Shown in pieces: positions 8,529-18,621 of a stretch of 64,000 nucleotides of DNA (positions are counted from its first letter, which is position 1; each line of letters begins with the position of its first letter). The stretch lies in the NCBI GenBank assembly GCA_965218425.1, contig OZ244621.1:4352001-4416000 (forward strand). The letters run 5' to 3'. Below the pieces are notes generated by a model. The model worked only from the letters and a program-made list of their open reading frames with translations. It ran no database searches and had not been told where the DNA came from. The position numbers and the translations under genes were made by a program. Source of the stretch: an uncultured Candidatus Binatia bacterium. GTDB taxonomy: Bacteria; Desulfobacterota; Binatia; UBA9968; CAXXLF01.

Positions 8529-10898
8529 CTAGGCCTTTTGGGGGACCTGAATTCCCCCTTGGGGCGTCCACTTGGTTGGAGCGGGATATTCAAATGACGG
8601 AACCGAGACGGGTTTCAATCTACCTTCGAGGGCCCTTAGCACCTTGTCCGGGGTAATCGGTACTTCATCAATTCTCACTCCAATGGCGTCATAGAGTGCA
8701 TTGGCCACCGCAGGAACCGTCGGTAGTAGCGGACCTTGCCCCGCCTCCTTGGCACCGAAGGGTCCTTCCGGGTCATTGGTCTCCACCAGGATCGTCTCAA
8801 TCTCCGGTGTCTCCAGTGTGGTGGGGCTCTTGTACTCCAGGATGGACGGGATCTTGTGAAGTCCACTTTTGCGAAACACTTGCTCTTCCATCAAAGTTTC
8901 TCCCAATGCCATGTAGACGCTTCCCTCCACCTGCCCTTCCACCAACAACGGATTGAAGGCCCTCCCACAGTCATGGGTGATCCAGACCTTATCAATTTTG
9001 ATCTCCCCCGTCTCGGGATCGCAGTGAAGCTCCACGATGGCTGCCGAAAAACTATAGGCGGGCGTGGGACCAACTCCGGATCCTTTAAAATCGGCCGGAT
9101 GTTTCGGCGGACGGTAGCTTCCCGTTTCTCCGAGAGTACCGAACTTCGCCTCCGCCCTTTGGATACACTCCACGAACTTTATTCCGCGGTCAGGGAAGCT
9201 AACGCTCCTAACCTGCCCTTGCGCCATCTCGAGATCGTCCACGGGTACCTCAAGGACTTCGCCGCCAACCTCAAAAAGTTTTTCCTTCAGCTTCTGACAG
9301 GCTTGAATCGTTGCGTTTCCAGTCATGACCGTAACGCGACTGGAGTAACTGCCCAGGTCCACGGGTGTGAGGTCCGTATCCGCGGTCACCACTCGAATCT
9401 CCGCCGGGTCGACGCCGAACTCTTCAGCCACGGCAAGGGCCAGGATAGAATCGGATCCCTGGCCAATGTCACTGGAACCGCAAAAGATAGTAATCCCGCC
9501 ACCCCGATCCAGTTTGATTTGAACGCCCGAGTGGGGCATGTCGTTCCAGTAAATGGGCAGCCCGGCTCCACTGATGTATGAACTCGCTGCAAAACCGATT
9601 CCATGACCAAAGGGGAGCTTGCCGTATCTCGACTTCCAGCCCGCACGCTCGGCTACTTTTTCTATACACTCCTTGAGCCCGGTGGTGCTTACCCTTAGAC
9701 CGTTTATGGTCACCGTGTTTGGCTGCACTAGTTGTTTCAACCTGAGATCGATTGGATCCATACCCAGTTTCTCCGCGATCTTATCCAGTTGCACTTCCAC
9801 GGCGAAACGCGGTTGAGGCGTGCCATGTCCTCTCTTTGGCCCGCAAGGCGGCTTGTTGGTAAAAACACGGACACCCTCAAACTTGTAGGCTGGGAGTTCG
9901 TAAGTTACCGTCTGAAGGGCCCCCGTATAGTACACGGTTGCAAGGCCGTAGCTGCTGTATCCACCGCCGTCAAGAAATGACTTGAAGTGCATGGCCTGCA
10001 GGGTTCCATCGTTCTTGACCCCCGTTCGAATCCACATCTTGACCGGGTGCCGACCCCTGTGAACATAAAAAGACTCCTCACGGGTCAGGGTGTTTTTCAC
10101 CGGCCTCCCGGTAACCATAGAAAGCTTCGCTGCGCATATCTCATGGGAGAAGGGGTCACTCTTGCCGCCGAATCCTCCCCCCACCGGTGTGGCAATGACC
10201 CGTATGTGGCTCATGGAAAGGCCCAGGACCTTGGATAGCGCCCGGTGAAGATAATGGGGGGTCTGGGTTGAAGACCAGAGGGTCAATTTACCGTCGGAAG
10301 TGTAACGGGCAATGGCACAGTACTGCTCCATGGGAAGGTGCGTGTTGCCTTGATAGAAAAAAGTGTCTTCAAATATTTGATCCGCTTTTTCAAATCCTTT
10401 GCCAACTTCCCCAAATTCGAAGGATACCGCTTTCTGGATATTGGCCCGCCGGACCCAAGTGTGGATCCGGTTGTCCCCCTGTGCCAGCGCTTCCCCTATG
10501 GTGAGAATGGGAGGAAGCACCTCATAGTCCACCTCGATGAGGCCAAGGGCCTGTTCGGCTATTGCCTCGCTGGAAGCTGCAACGGCGGCCACGGGATCGC
10601 CCACGTAGCGGACCTTTTCCGTGACCATGGCCTCTTCGTCCTGGGTGGAAGGCAATATGCCGAACTTCTCCGGCAGATCAACTCCGGTAATGATTCCATA
10701 CACTCCATCCAAGGCCTCCGCCTTGTTGATGTAGATACCGCGTATATTCGCATGGGGATGGGGACTTCGCAGCAGTTTGGCAAACAGCATCCGAGGCAGT
10801 TCAATGTCATCAGCGTACCGGGTTTCACCCGCGCACTTGGCCACGGCATCCACTTTGCGCAGGGGTTTTCCGATGACTGAAAAACCTTTCTGGTTCAC
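8529..10898 (-). CDS. hcrA: 4-hydroxybenzoyl-CoA reductase alpha (molybdopterin) subunit-like, xanthine oxidase family
   Basis: GGGFGGK, PCGPKRGHG, DIGQGSD, GSYSSRVT, GPFGAKEAG. Likely GTG start at 10898 overlaps the hcrC stop (GTGA). Confidence 0.85.
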   Translation of the reverse strand: MNQKGFSVIGKPLRKVDAVAKCAGETRYADDIELPRMLFAKLLRSPHPHANIRGIYINKAEALDGVYGIITGVDLPEKFGILPSTQDEEAMVTEKVRYVGDPVAAVAASSEAIAEQALGLIEVDYEVLPPILTIGEALAQGDNRIHTWVRRANIQKAVSFEFGEVGKGFEKADQIFEDTFFYQGNTHLPMEQYCAIARYTSDGKLTLWSSTQTPHYLHRALSKVLGLSMSHIRVIATPVGGGFGGKSDPFSHEICAAKLSMVTGRPVKNTLTREESFYVHRGRHPVKMWIRTGVKNDGTLQAMHFKSFLDGGGYSSYGLATVYYTGALQTVTYELPAYKFEGVRVFTNKPPCGPKRGHGTPQPRFAVEVQLDKIAEKLGMDPIDLRLKQLVQPNTVTINGLRVSTTGLKECIEKVAERAGWKSRYGKLPFGHGIGFAASSYISGAGLPIYWNDMPHSGVQIKLDRGGGITIFCGSSDIGQGSDSILALAVAEEFGVDPAEIRVVTADTDLTPVDLGSYSSRVTVMTGNATIQACQKLKEKLFEVGGEVLEVPVDDLEMAQGQVRSVSFPDRGIKFVECIQRAEAKFGTLGETGSYRPPKHPADFKGSGVGPTPAYSFSAAIVELHCDPETGEIKIDKVWITHDCGRAFNPLLVEGQVEGSVYMALGETLMEEQVFRKSGLHKIPSILEYKSPTTLETPEIETILVETNDPEGPFGAKEAGQGPLLPTVPAVANALYDAIGVRIDEVPITPDKVLRALEGRLKPVSVPSFEYPAPTKWTPQGGIQVPQKA

Positions 10899-11431
10899 GG
10901 TGCCACTTCCTTGCCCGACGCCATCTCCACCGCATCGAGGATCTTCGTGTAGCCGGTGCAACGACATAGGTTTCCCGAGAGCGCCTCGCGGATCTCGTCG
11001 CGGGTGGGCAGCGGATTCTTGTCTAACAAAGCCTTAGCCACTAGCAGGATCCCCGGGATACAGTAACCACACTGGGTGGCGCCACAATCCGCAAAGGACC
11101 TTTGCAGCGGGTGGGGTTGATCCCGATCCATCATCCCCTCCACGGTGACAATTTCAGCGCCTTCCGACTCTACGCCCAGCACCAGGCAGGAAAGAACGGC
11201 TTGACCGTTCATGAGGACGGTACAGGTGCCGCATTCTCCAAGCTCGCAACCGTGCTTCGTCCCCGTGAGGCCCATATCTTCGCGCAGCACCTCCAAAAGG
11301 GTCTTGTTGGTTTCGCTGGCAATTTCTTTGACCTCACCGTTTACCCTGAGCCGGAGAAGTTGTTTTCTTGAGCCGTCTCCCACAAAAGCACGATGCTTTT
11401 GCAATAATTTTTCCGGCCCCACGGCACTCAT
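10895..11431 (-). CDS. hcrC: 4-hydroxybenzoyl-CoA reductase gamma (2 x [2Fe-2S]) subunit-like
   Basis: GTKHGCELGECGTC, QCGYC, NLCRCTGY; ATGA overlap with the upstream ligase. Confidence 0.87.
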   Translation of the reverse strand: MSAVGPEKLLQKHRAFVGDGSRKQLLRLRVNGEVKEIASETNKTLLEVLREDMGLTGTKHGCELGECGTCTVLMNGQAVLSCLVLGVESEGAEIVTVEGMMDRDQPHPLQRSFADCGATQCGYCIPGILLVAKALLDKNPLPTRDEIREALSGNLCRCTGYTKILDAVEMASGKEVAP

Positions 11432-12702
11432 GGTTTAAAAAACCTCCTGGCCTTGAGTTCAAACCGGGGCAACGTATTGGGCGACACACATTCTACCCTT
11501 ACCCGTAGGCTGAGGCCATTTCTCAACCCATCCTCTGCTTTCGTTACCAAATCGGTTGTGGAACTAACACCCGCCTTTGGCTCAAGGGTGATCTTGATCT
11601 CGGAGAGACCCCCCGACTCCAACACATCCACCCGATATTCTTCGATCTCTGAAAATCCCCTCAGAATCCCCTCCACCGCAGAAGAATAGACGTTGATCCC
11701 GCGGACCACAACCATATCATCCACCCGCCCTAAAACTCCACCCTCCAAGAACATAAATGGTCGACCACATACACAGGGGTGGTAGTTGGGCTGTACCAGG
11801 TCCCCAGTCCTGTAGCGTATCACCGGGCTGCCAAGCCGACCCAGGTTCGTGAGGATCAACTCGCCTCTCTCCCCTTCCGTCACGGCTTCCCCTGTCTCAG
11901 TATTGACTACCTCAGCAATAAACTCATTTTCGTTAACATGGACACCGCCCGGCTGGGGCTCACACTCAAATCCCCAGGCCCCCACCTCCGTGGCACCTGT
12001 GTGGTCGTAACATTTTGCCCCCCAGGCCTCTTCGATTCTCTTCTTTGTGCTTGGAATATTGGCTCCCGGCTCCCCCGCCACCACGACCTTTCTCATTTCC
12101 GAGTCATTTGTCAGGTCCATGCCCGTCTTCTCCGCTTCGGCTGCCATGTGAAGGGCATAGGTGGGGGTACAAACCACAACCGTGGCTTGATAGTCCACGA
12201 TGGCCTGCAACCGCTGCAGGGTTGATTGCCCTCCTCCCGAAATAGCCAGCGCACCCACCTTGCGAGCTCCGTCCCACCCGCTCCAAAACCCGACAAATGG
12301 ACCAAAGGAGAAAGCAAAATAGACTCGATCACCGGCGTGCACACCAGCAGCCAGGAAAACGTCTGCCCAACACCCGGCAAACCAGTTCCACGACTCCTCC
12401 GTGTCGAGCCAATACATGGGGGCCCCGGTGGTTCCGGAGGTGCGGTGCACCTTGATGTAGCGTTCCAAAGGGAAGGTAAGGTCGCTGCCGTAAGGTGGGC
12501 GATGGGCCTGGTCCTGAACCAGTTCCGACTTTGTGGTAAATGGAAACCCCTTAAACACCGCCATCGAATCCGCGTCGGAAAGACCCTGTTCGCCAAGTTT
12601 TTCCTGATAAAAGCGGTTCTTGGGAAGCACCACCTGTAGCATCTGGCGGAGCTTTTGAAGCTGATGTTTCTGAATAAGACTTCGATCCTCGGAGATGTCC
12701 AT
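11428..12702 (-). CDS. Phenylacetate-CoA ligase (PaaK) family aryl-CoA ligase
   Basis: FPFTTKSEL, HRTSGTTG, VAGEPG, GATEVG, IRYRTGD, GRVDDM, LPRFELKARRF. Confidence 0.9.
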   Translation of the reverse strand: MDISEDRSLIQKHQLQKLRQMLQVVLPKNRFYQEKLGEQGLSDADSMAVFKGFPFTTKSELVQDQAHRPPYGSDLTFPLERYIKVHRTSGTTGAPMYWLDTEESWNWFAGCWADVFLAAGVHAGDRVYFAFSFGPFVGFWSGWDGARKVGALAISGGGQSTLQRLQAIVDYQATVVVCTPTYALHMAAEAEKTGMDLTNDSEMRKVVVAGEPGANIPSTKKRIEEAWGAKCYDHTGATEVGAWGFECEPQPGGVHVNENEFIAEVVNTETGEAVTEGERGELILTNLGRLGSPVIRYRTGDLVQPNYHPCVCGRPFMFLEGGVLGRVDDMVVVRGINVYSSAVEGILRGFSEIEEYRVDVLESGGLSEIKITLEPKAGVSSTTDLVTKAEDGLRNGLSLRVRVECVSPNTLPRFELKARRFFKP

Positions 12703-12897
12703 TGATCTACCAGGGAACTAAATTGCTTAGATCCTCATCGGCCCCTGCCTACGGCCCTGTTTGGTTCGAGCTACCCGCAAGGATCGTGGGAACAGCACCC
12801 ACCCGCGCGGAAAGGACCCGGCTGCGACCTGTCCTATTCCGATAGACCAACAATTTGGCGCAAAGCTGTGGCAATCGAGGCGCAAGGATAGAAGCAG

Positions 12898-13341
12898 TTA
12901 TTTTTTTGCGGCAACCCCTGAGATAATCAATGCCCACATGAAACTCATCAAAGAGCTGTTTGAGACCGCCATCCACCACTTTGACTGCTTCATCTCCAAC
13001 TAAGGCATCCGCAGGTTGGCCTTAACTTTTTGATAGTCTCTTTCTATACGCCTGATTCTGTGCCAGATTTGTAAAGGCCTTACTCAAAATCCGAATTCGT
13101 TCCGCAGGAACTCCCGGTGGTAGTCCCACTGCGGCCTGAAACGCCTGTGGTGCTACGGCTGCCTTCCACGCTTCCCAAGCGGGACCCCTCTTTTTTTCGC
13201 TGCGCAGCAACTCATCCAACGTCGGCACATTGGGTATAAGGGGCGACCTATGAAATGTACCGTCGGTTTTCAGAATGCCGGTTTGCCAGAGAATCAGCGC
13301 GTTACCCTCTTTTTCCCTAGGCTTAATAATATTTCCATAGT
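12898..13341 (-). pseudogene. Degraded C-terminal fragment of a TctC (Bug) substrate-binding protein
   Basis: PNVPTLDE...PPGVPAERIRILSKAF continues through frameshifts to GQPADALVGDEAVKVV...IDYLRG. There is no start codon, and the fragment begins at the tctB stop. Confidence 0.7.
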
Positions 13342-13860
13342 CTAATCGCCCAACAACCCCAGGATAAAGTCCTGAGGAGCGGCAATCACGCCGGCCGGCC
13401 ATGGAATATGCAGTACGTAATGGAACAACCCTAGCAGAAAGACCACGATACCAGCAGTGTAGGCAATAGAGATGGTAAGATCCTCGCGTGCCTGAATCGT
13501 GAGATACAAGAAGACAAAGAGTGGAACCGTAATGATAAACCCCACGAGCCAAATCACGAAAAAGAAGCCGAAGATCCAACCAAATATATTCGTAGCCCGG
13601 GTCACAACAACTGAGATGGGTACTCCCCGGTCCACGGGCAAGTCCATAAAACCTGTGAGGTCATCAGAATCCGTAGTATCGCCGACGCTAAATAGATCCA
13701 TGCCCAGTTGAATGACGCATAGAAGCACTGTTGGGATGCCAACCACCCAGGGGAATAGCCGTGCCTGGTATTGCCATTGGCCGGCGGTATATACGGCAAT
13801 GAAAAAGACCACCAAGAGGACCAAGGTAAGTAAGGCTCCAGGATTTGGTCTAAACCTCAT
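13342..13860 (-). CDS. tctB: Tripartite tricarboxylate transporter TctB family protein
   Basis: Several TM helices, ARLFPWVVG, LHIPWPAG; ATGA overlap with tctA. Confidence 0.85.
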   Translation of the reverse strand: MRFRPNPGALLTLVLLVVFFIAVYTAGQWQYQARLFPWVVGIPTVLLCVIQLGMDLFSVGDTTDSDDLTGFMDLPVDRGVPISVVVTRATNIFGWIFGFFFVIWLVGFIITVPLFVFLYLTIQAREDLTISIAYTAGIVVFLLGLFHYVLHIPWPAGVIAAPQDFILGLLGD

Positions 13861-15341
13861 TCGTTCGCCTCCCCTGCCTGCTTCCCCTTCTGCTTGAAAC
13901 CGTAGATGAGGCTAAAGACAATCAACGCGCCAATGACAAGCACGATGGGACGAAGGAGCCACCCGGCGCCATAGCGTGCAATGGATATAAACAGATAGTT
14001 CTCTATGATGCTGCTCAACACCAATCCGAGGATGAGCGGTGGCCTGGGCCAACTGAACCGCTTCATAAACCAACCTAACAATGAAAAGAAAAGAAGCGAC
14101 CAGATATCCCCATAGTGACGAGTGGCTTGAAAGGCGGCAAGAAAGACCATCACAATCACGAGGGGGGTCAACAGATGAATTCTCATTAGAGCAACCTTGG
14201 CAAGCTGGTTGGTTAACAAAAGACAGAGACCCGTGCCAAAGACGTTGGCAATGGCAAGGCTCCATATCATGGTATAGGTCACGTCCAGGTGTTTGGTCAG
14301 CATTGCCGTGCCGGGGGTAAGTCCCTGGATCGTCATGGCCCCCAATAAAAGGGCCATTGAAGCGCTTCCCGGGACCCCGAAAGCGATGGTGGGAATAAGC
14401 GCCCCACCTTCCTTGGCGTTGTTAGCGCTTTCTGGTGCTATGACACCCCTTACGTCACCCTTGCCGAACGACTGTGCCGCTCCTTTTTCCGACTGAATTG
14501 CATGTCCATAGGCGAACCAGTCAACCACCGATGCTCCCAAGCCTGGAGTCGCTCCCACCCAAACCCCAACCACACCGCACCGGAGGGTCAAAAACCAGTT
14601 ACGAAAGACGTCCTTGATGCCCATCATGACGCCCTTGATGCTATCACTGGGGACGTCAGCGATCCGTGTACCTCTTATGGTCAAATCCACAATTTCAGGT
14701 ATGGCAAAGACCCCCAGCGCCACAGGCACAAGAGGCAAACCATCCCACAGGTAGAGCTGGCCAAAGACCCATCGCAAAACACCCGTTTGGGGGTCCATGC
14801 CCACCATGCCGATTGCCAGACCCACGGCCCCTGCAATGAGACCTTTAAAAGGTGCGTTGCCGCTCAAGACCGCCACCATGGAGATCCCCAACATTCCCAT
14901 CATGAAAAATTCAGGCGAACCGAATGCCAAGACAATGGGACGAAGGACAGGGATCGACACCGCCAGAATAATAGCTCCAAAAAGCCCACCTAACATGGAA
15001 GCCATGTAAGCGGCCCCAAAGGCCCTGCCGGCCTCGCCCTTCCTCGCCATGGGATGGCCATCGAGGATGGTGGACTGGGACGCCGCGGTGCCTGGCACCC
15101 CAAACAACACCGAGGGGATAGTATCCGAGGTACTGGTGATTGATATGAGCCCAATCATGAGTGCAAAGGCCATAAACGGATCCATTTCAAAGGTGAAGGG
15201 AAGCATAATGGCTAGACCCACCAGCCCACCCAGGCCGGGGATGGCACCCAAGCCCAAACCCATGAGTACTCCCAGGAAAAGAAACAGCAGACGCATGGGA
15301 ACCATCAGGTTTTCAAAAGCAGTTATGGCTGCCTCTAGCAT
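13857..15341 (-). CDS. tctA: Tripartite tricarboxylate transporter permease TctA
   Basis: GAIPGLGG, GVPGTAAS..DGHPMARKGEAGRA, GVIAPESANNA, PTIAFGVPGS. Confidence 0.93.
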   Translation of the reverse strand: MLEAAITAFENLMVPMRLLFLFLGVLMGLGLGAIPGLGGLVGLAIMLPFTFEMDPFMAFALMIGLISITSTSDTIPSVLFGVPGTAASQSTILDGHPMARKGEAGRAFGAAYMASMLGGLFGAIILAVSIPVLRPIVLAFGSPEFFMMGMLGISMVAVLSGNAPFKGLIAGAVGLAIGMVGMDPQTGVLRWVFGQLYLWDGLPLVPVALGVFAIPEIVDLTIRGTRIADVPSDSIKGVMMGIKDVFRNWFLTLRCGVVGVWVGATPGLGASVVDWFAYGHAIQSEKGAAQSFGKGDVRGVIAPESANNAKEGGALIPTIAFGVPGSASMALLLGAMTIQGLTPGTAMLTKHLDVTYTMIWSLAIANVFGTGLCLLLTNQLAKVALMRIHLLTPLVIVMVFLAAFQATRHYGDIWSLLFFSLLGWFMKRFSWPRPPLILGLVLSSIIENYLFISIARYGAGWLLRPIVLVIGALIVFSLIYGFKQKGKQAGEANE

Positions 15342-15490
15342 TTTACCCCCTAGTTATATCAGGACGTTTTCACCTGCTACTTTATAAACTCTCGTGGGTC
15401 GGTAACGACTCCCCCGATTACAGGGGTCCCTGACAGATTAATGTTCGAAAGAACGAGCCGAAATCTCCTCACCCATATTCATGTGACATA

Positions 15491-15502
15491 CCGTTATAAC
15501 GG
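15491..15502. promoter_or_regulatory. 12-bp palindrome in the tctA/ubiD divergent promoter region (candidate operator)
   Basis: CCGTTATAACGG, overlapping the -10 region of a minus-strand TTGACA at 15514-15519. Confidence 0.4.
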
Positions 15503-15575
15503 CTACTCAATGGTGTCAACCCTCACTCCACGGGAAATTCTGCTCTAAAAAAGAAAACGAAAAAACTATGCCTGC

Positions 15576-15604
15576 TTGACAGGTTTGGCGGAAGCCTGTA
15601 ATCC
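15576..15604 (+). promoter_or_regulatory. Candidate sigma70 promoter for ubiD (near-leaderless transcript)
   Basis: TTGACA-17-TAATCC, ending 11 nt before ATG 15616; no Shine-Dalgarno. Confidence 0.4.
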
Positions 15605-15615
15605 AAAACGTTATC

Positions 15616-16971
15616 ATGACGCAGGATTTAAGAAGTTTCCTCGACCTCATTAAAAAGAACAACTCCCAGGATCTGCTCACCGTCTCGAAGGAAGTGGATC
15701 CAGCCTACGAGATCACGGCCATCGTCACCAAACTGGAGCGTGAGGCAAAGCGTCGTCCAATCCTGATCTTCGATAAAGTAAAAGGTAGCCGTTTTCCTGT
15801 AGTAACCAACCTCTACGCCAGCCGATCCAGACTGGCCTTGGCCATGAAGACGGCTCCGGAGGAGACACAAAAAGCCTATCTACACGCGCTGGATAAACCC
15901 ATACCGCCCCAGGTGGTCTCAAATGCGCCTGTAAAGGACGTCATCCTGAAGGGCAAGCAGTTGAACCTTCAACAGTTACCTCAAATCATCCATCACGATG
16001 GAGACGCGGGGGCATACATGACCGCGGCGATTTCCTTCGCTACGGATCCCACCGGCAACACAGCCAACTGTGCATACAACCGCCTTATGATCAAAGGTAA
16101 GGATACGACTTCCATCCACCTCACCTCAGCCAAACACCTTTGGGAATTTCATCGCGCCGCTGAAGAAAAAGGCCGACCCCTGCCCGTAGCCTTCGCCATT
16201 GGAGTGCACCCTGCCATCGCACTGGGAGCCCTCGCCAACGGTTCCATTGACGAGGACGAGCGGGGCGTCATGGGGGCGCTGTTGGGAGAGCCCCTCCAAC
16301 TTGTAAAGTGCGAGACCTCGGACCTAATGGTCCCCGCCCATGCAGAAATGGTCATTGAGGCAGAAATTCTGCCAAAGGAACGCACAGCGGAAGGGCCCTT
16401 CGGGGAGTTCACGGGCTACAGTTTGGGCCAGCGTCAGCGGGAGGTGGTAAAGGTTAAGACCGTCACGCACCGAACAAACGCCTTGTTCCACGACATCACC
16501 GTTGCCCATATGGATCACCTGCTTCTTTCCACAATACCCATTGAAGCGAGCCTCTATCGTTCTGTGCGGGCCATTGTCCCAACGGTTAAGGCGGTAAGGG
16601 TACCGGCTCCCTTCACGTGTTACGTCTCCATCGAGCAGCGCGTCTCAGGCCAGGCAAAAAACGCCATCCTTGCGGTGCTTGGCAGCGACATCTATATGAA
16701 GCGTGTGGTGGTGGTGGACCACGACGTGAATCTTTTTAACGATAGAGAGGTGGCCTGGGCCATGGGGACTCGATGCCAACCTGACCGAGATATTAGCATC
16801 ATATCCCGCACTCGAGGTTCGGACCTGGACCCGTCCACCCAGGAAGATGGTTTCACAGCGAAATGGGGGGTGGATGCCACGGCGAAACCCTCTCTTGACA
16901 ACTATACCCCACGCCACCGAATTCCCCCCGATGTGTGGAAGCGCATCAATCTTAAAGATCTAGTAAGCTAA
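15616..16971 (+). CDS. UbiD-family prFMN-dependent (de)carboxylase
   Basis: QDLRSFL, HHDGDAGAY, AYNRLM, EGPFGEFTGYS, KRVVVVDHDV, WAMGTRCQPDRD, SDLDPS. Confidence 0.93.
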   Translation: MTQDLRSFLDLIKKNNSQDLLTVSKEVDPAYEITAIVTKLEREAKRRPILIFDKVKGSRFPVVTNLYASRSRLALAMKTAPEETQKAYLHALDKPIPPQVVSNAPVKDVILKGKQLNLQQLPQIIHHDGDAGAYMTAAISFATDPTGNTANCAYNRLMIKGKDTTSIHLTSAKHLWEFHRAAEEKGRPLPVAFAIGVHPAIALGALANGSIDEDERGVMGALLGEPLQLVKCETSDLMVPAHAEMVIEAEILPKERTAEGPFGEFTGYSLGQRQREVVKVKTVTHRTNALFHDITVAHMDHLLLSTIPIEASLYRSVRAIVPTVKAVRVPAPFTCYVSIEQRVSGQAKNAILAVLGSDIYMKRVVVVDHDVNLFNDREVAWAMGTRCQPDRDISIISRTRGSDLDPSTQEDGFTAKWGVDATAKPSLDNYTPRHRIPPDVWKRINLKDLVS

Positions 16972-16975
16972 CACC

Positions 16976-18373
16976 GTGGCGGATAATTTTGTTTGCCTCC
17001 TGGAGAAAACGGCTCGCCTCCACCCTGACAAAACAGCGTTGATTTGGCAGGGCGGCTCCCTCACCTACGGTGAGCTCCACGGTCGAGCATCGGGCCTCGC
17101 GGCGGAGCTCGCAAAGCGTGGCACCAAGCCTGGCGACAAAATTTGCATTCTACTTCCTAACCAGTGGACCTTTGTGGTGGCCCTGTTGGGCAGCCTCAAG
17201 CTGGGTGCCACCGTGACCCCCATAAGCGTTCTCCTCAAAGAGAAAGAACAAGCGGATATCCTCGCCGCACTCAAGCCAAAGGAAGTCGTAAGTGAGATCC
17301 AGTCAGGAGTGGCGCAATGGGAAACACCCAAGACCATAAAATTTCCTGCGCTGGTGACCTATAGCTCCGGCAGCAGCGGCCATCCAAAGGGTGCGGTCTT
17401 CACCCATGATGCGCTGACCTTTGCGGAACATTCTTGGGCCGGCCCCGTAATGAGTTTGATTCCCGACGACGTCGTTCTCGCAGTACTCCCTTTTCCTCAT
17501 TCTTTCGGTTTACATGGAGGGCTCTTGGCTCCACTCCTGATGGGCTCCACTGTTGCCATTGTGGAGAGATTTTCACCGGAAACGGTTCTGGAAACCATCG
17601 CCGCCCACCACGTAACTGTCTTCCCAGGAGTCGCTACCATGTTTCGGCGCACCCTGAGCTCTCCAAGCTTTGGTGTCACGGACTTATCCAGCCTCCGCCT
17701 TGCCGTCTCCGGCGCCGCGCCCTGTCCCTGGGAGTTGGCGGAAGAATGGCGGACTCGAACCGGCACGAGAATCCTGCGTGGCTATGGAATGACGGAGCTC
17801 TTTCGCCCCATCTCTCATCTCGCCGAGGACCCCACCGAGGCACCCGACGCCATCGGTCGGCCCGTTCCCGGGGTGGATGTGCGTTTGGTGGACGACGACG
17901 GGACACCGGTCCCCGCAGGCCAGATCGGTGAACTCTTGATCAAGAGTCCTGCCGCCATGGATGAATATCTCGGCGATCCTAAAGAGACGAAAGCGATGCT
18001 ACAGGAGGGTTGGTTCAAAACCGGCGACCTCGCCGTTCTCTTACCAAATGGTTTCATTCAAATTGCCGGAAGAAAAGAGGAACGGATACTCAGAGGCGGG
18101 TACTCAATTTTTCCTCAGGAGGTTGAGGCGGCGCTCCTCTCCCACCCGGCCGTTGCCGAAGCCGGCGTGATTGGGGTTCCCAGCTCCGACCTGGGAGAAG
18201 AAATTGCCGCTTTCGTGACCATCCGCAGCGGAGCCAAGACCACCGTGGAGGAGCTTGATACGCACTGCAGGGGTCGCCTCGCCGCCTACAAGTACCCACG
18301 CCAGATCACCATCCTCGAGAGCCTACCCAAGGGACCAACTGGAAAAATTATCAAATCGCGCCTGGGGAAATAA
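16976..18373 (+). CDS. AMP-dependent acyl/aryl-CoA ligase
   Basis: YSSGSSGHPKG, GYGMTE, WFKTGD, KGPTGKI; GTG start 4 nt after the ubiD stop. Confidence 0.9.
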   Translation: MADNFVCLLEKTARLHPDKTALIWQGGSLTYGELHGRASGLAAELAKRGTKPGDKICILLPNQWTFVVALLGSLKLGATVTPISVLLKEKEQADILAALKPKEVVSEIQSGVAQWETPKTIKFPALVTYSSGSSGHPKGAVFTHDALTFAEHSWAGPVMSLIPDDVVLAVLPFPHSFGLHGGLLAPLLMGSTVAIVERFSPETVLETIAAHHVTVFPGVATMFRRTLSSPSFGVTDLSSLRLAVSGAAPCPWELAEEWRTRTGTRILRGYGMTELFRPISHLAEDPTEAPDAIGRPVPGVDVRLVDDDGTPVPAGQIGELLIKSPAAMDEYLGDPKETKAMLQEGWFKTGDLAVLLPNGFIQIAGRKEERILRGGYSIFPQEVEAALLSHPAVAEAGVIGVPSSDLGEEIAAFVTIRSGAKTTVEELDTHCRGRLAAYKYPRQITILESLPKGPTGKIIKSRLGK

Positions 18374-18621
18374 TACTCAGACGGAAAGTCCACAAAGAGC
18401 ACGGATCTTCTTGCTAGCCCAAAGTCCAATTTCTTTCTTGACCCGTGAATCGTAAATAGTTTATGATTAACGCGCCTTGTTTTTAGCCTAATCAATTTTG
18501 CATGCGTCCCACGATCTCCTCCTAGTGTGTCCAGTTTTCCATCCGCATGAATCGACTCCAGCAAATGGTAGCACGCCGCCAGCCGTAGAGAACACAAAAA
18601 TCTTAAGTAAGGAGAACTGCA

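Noticed and set aside
8736..9581. Long antisense ORFs (e.g. 8736-9581, 7701-8495, 6356-7096, 23075-23899, 59520-60185)
   Set aside because: Shadows of well-supported genes on the opposite strand, with no recognisable motifs.
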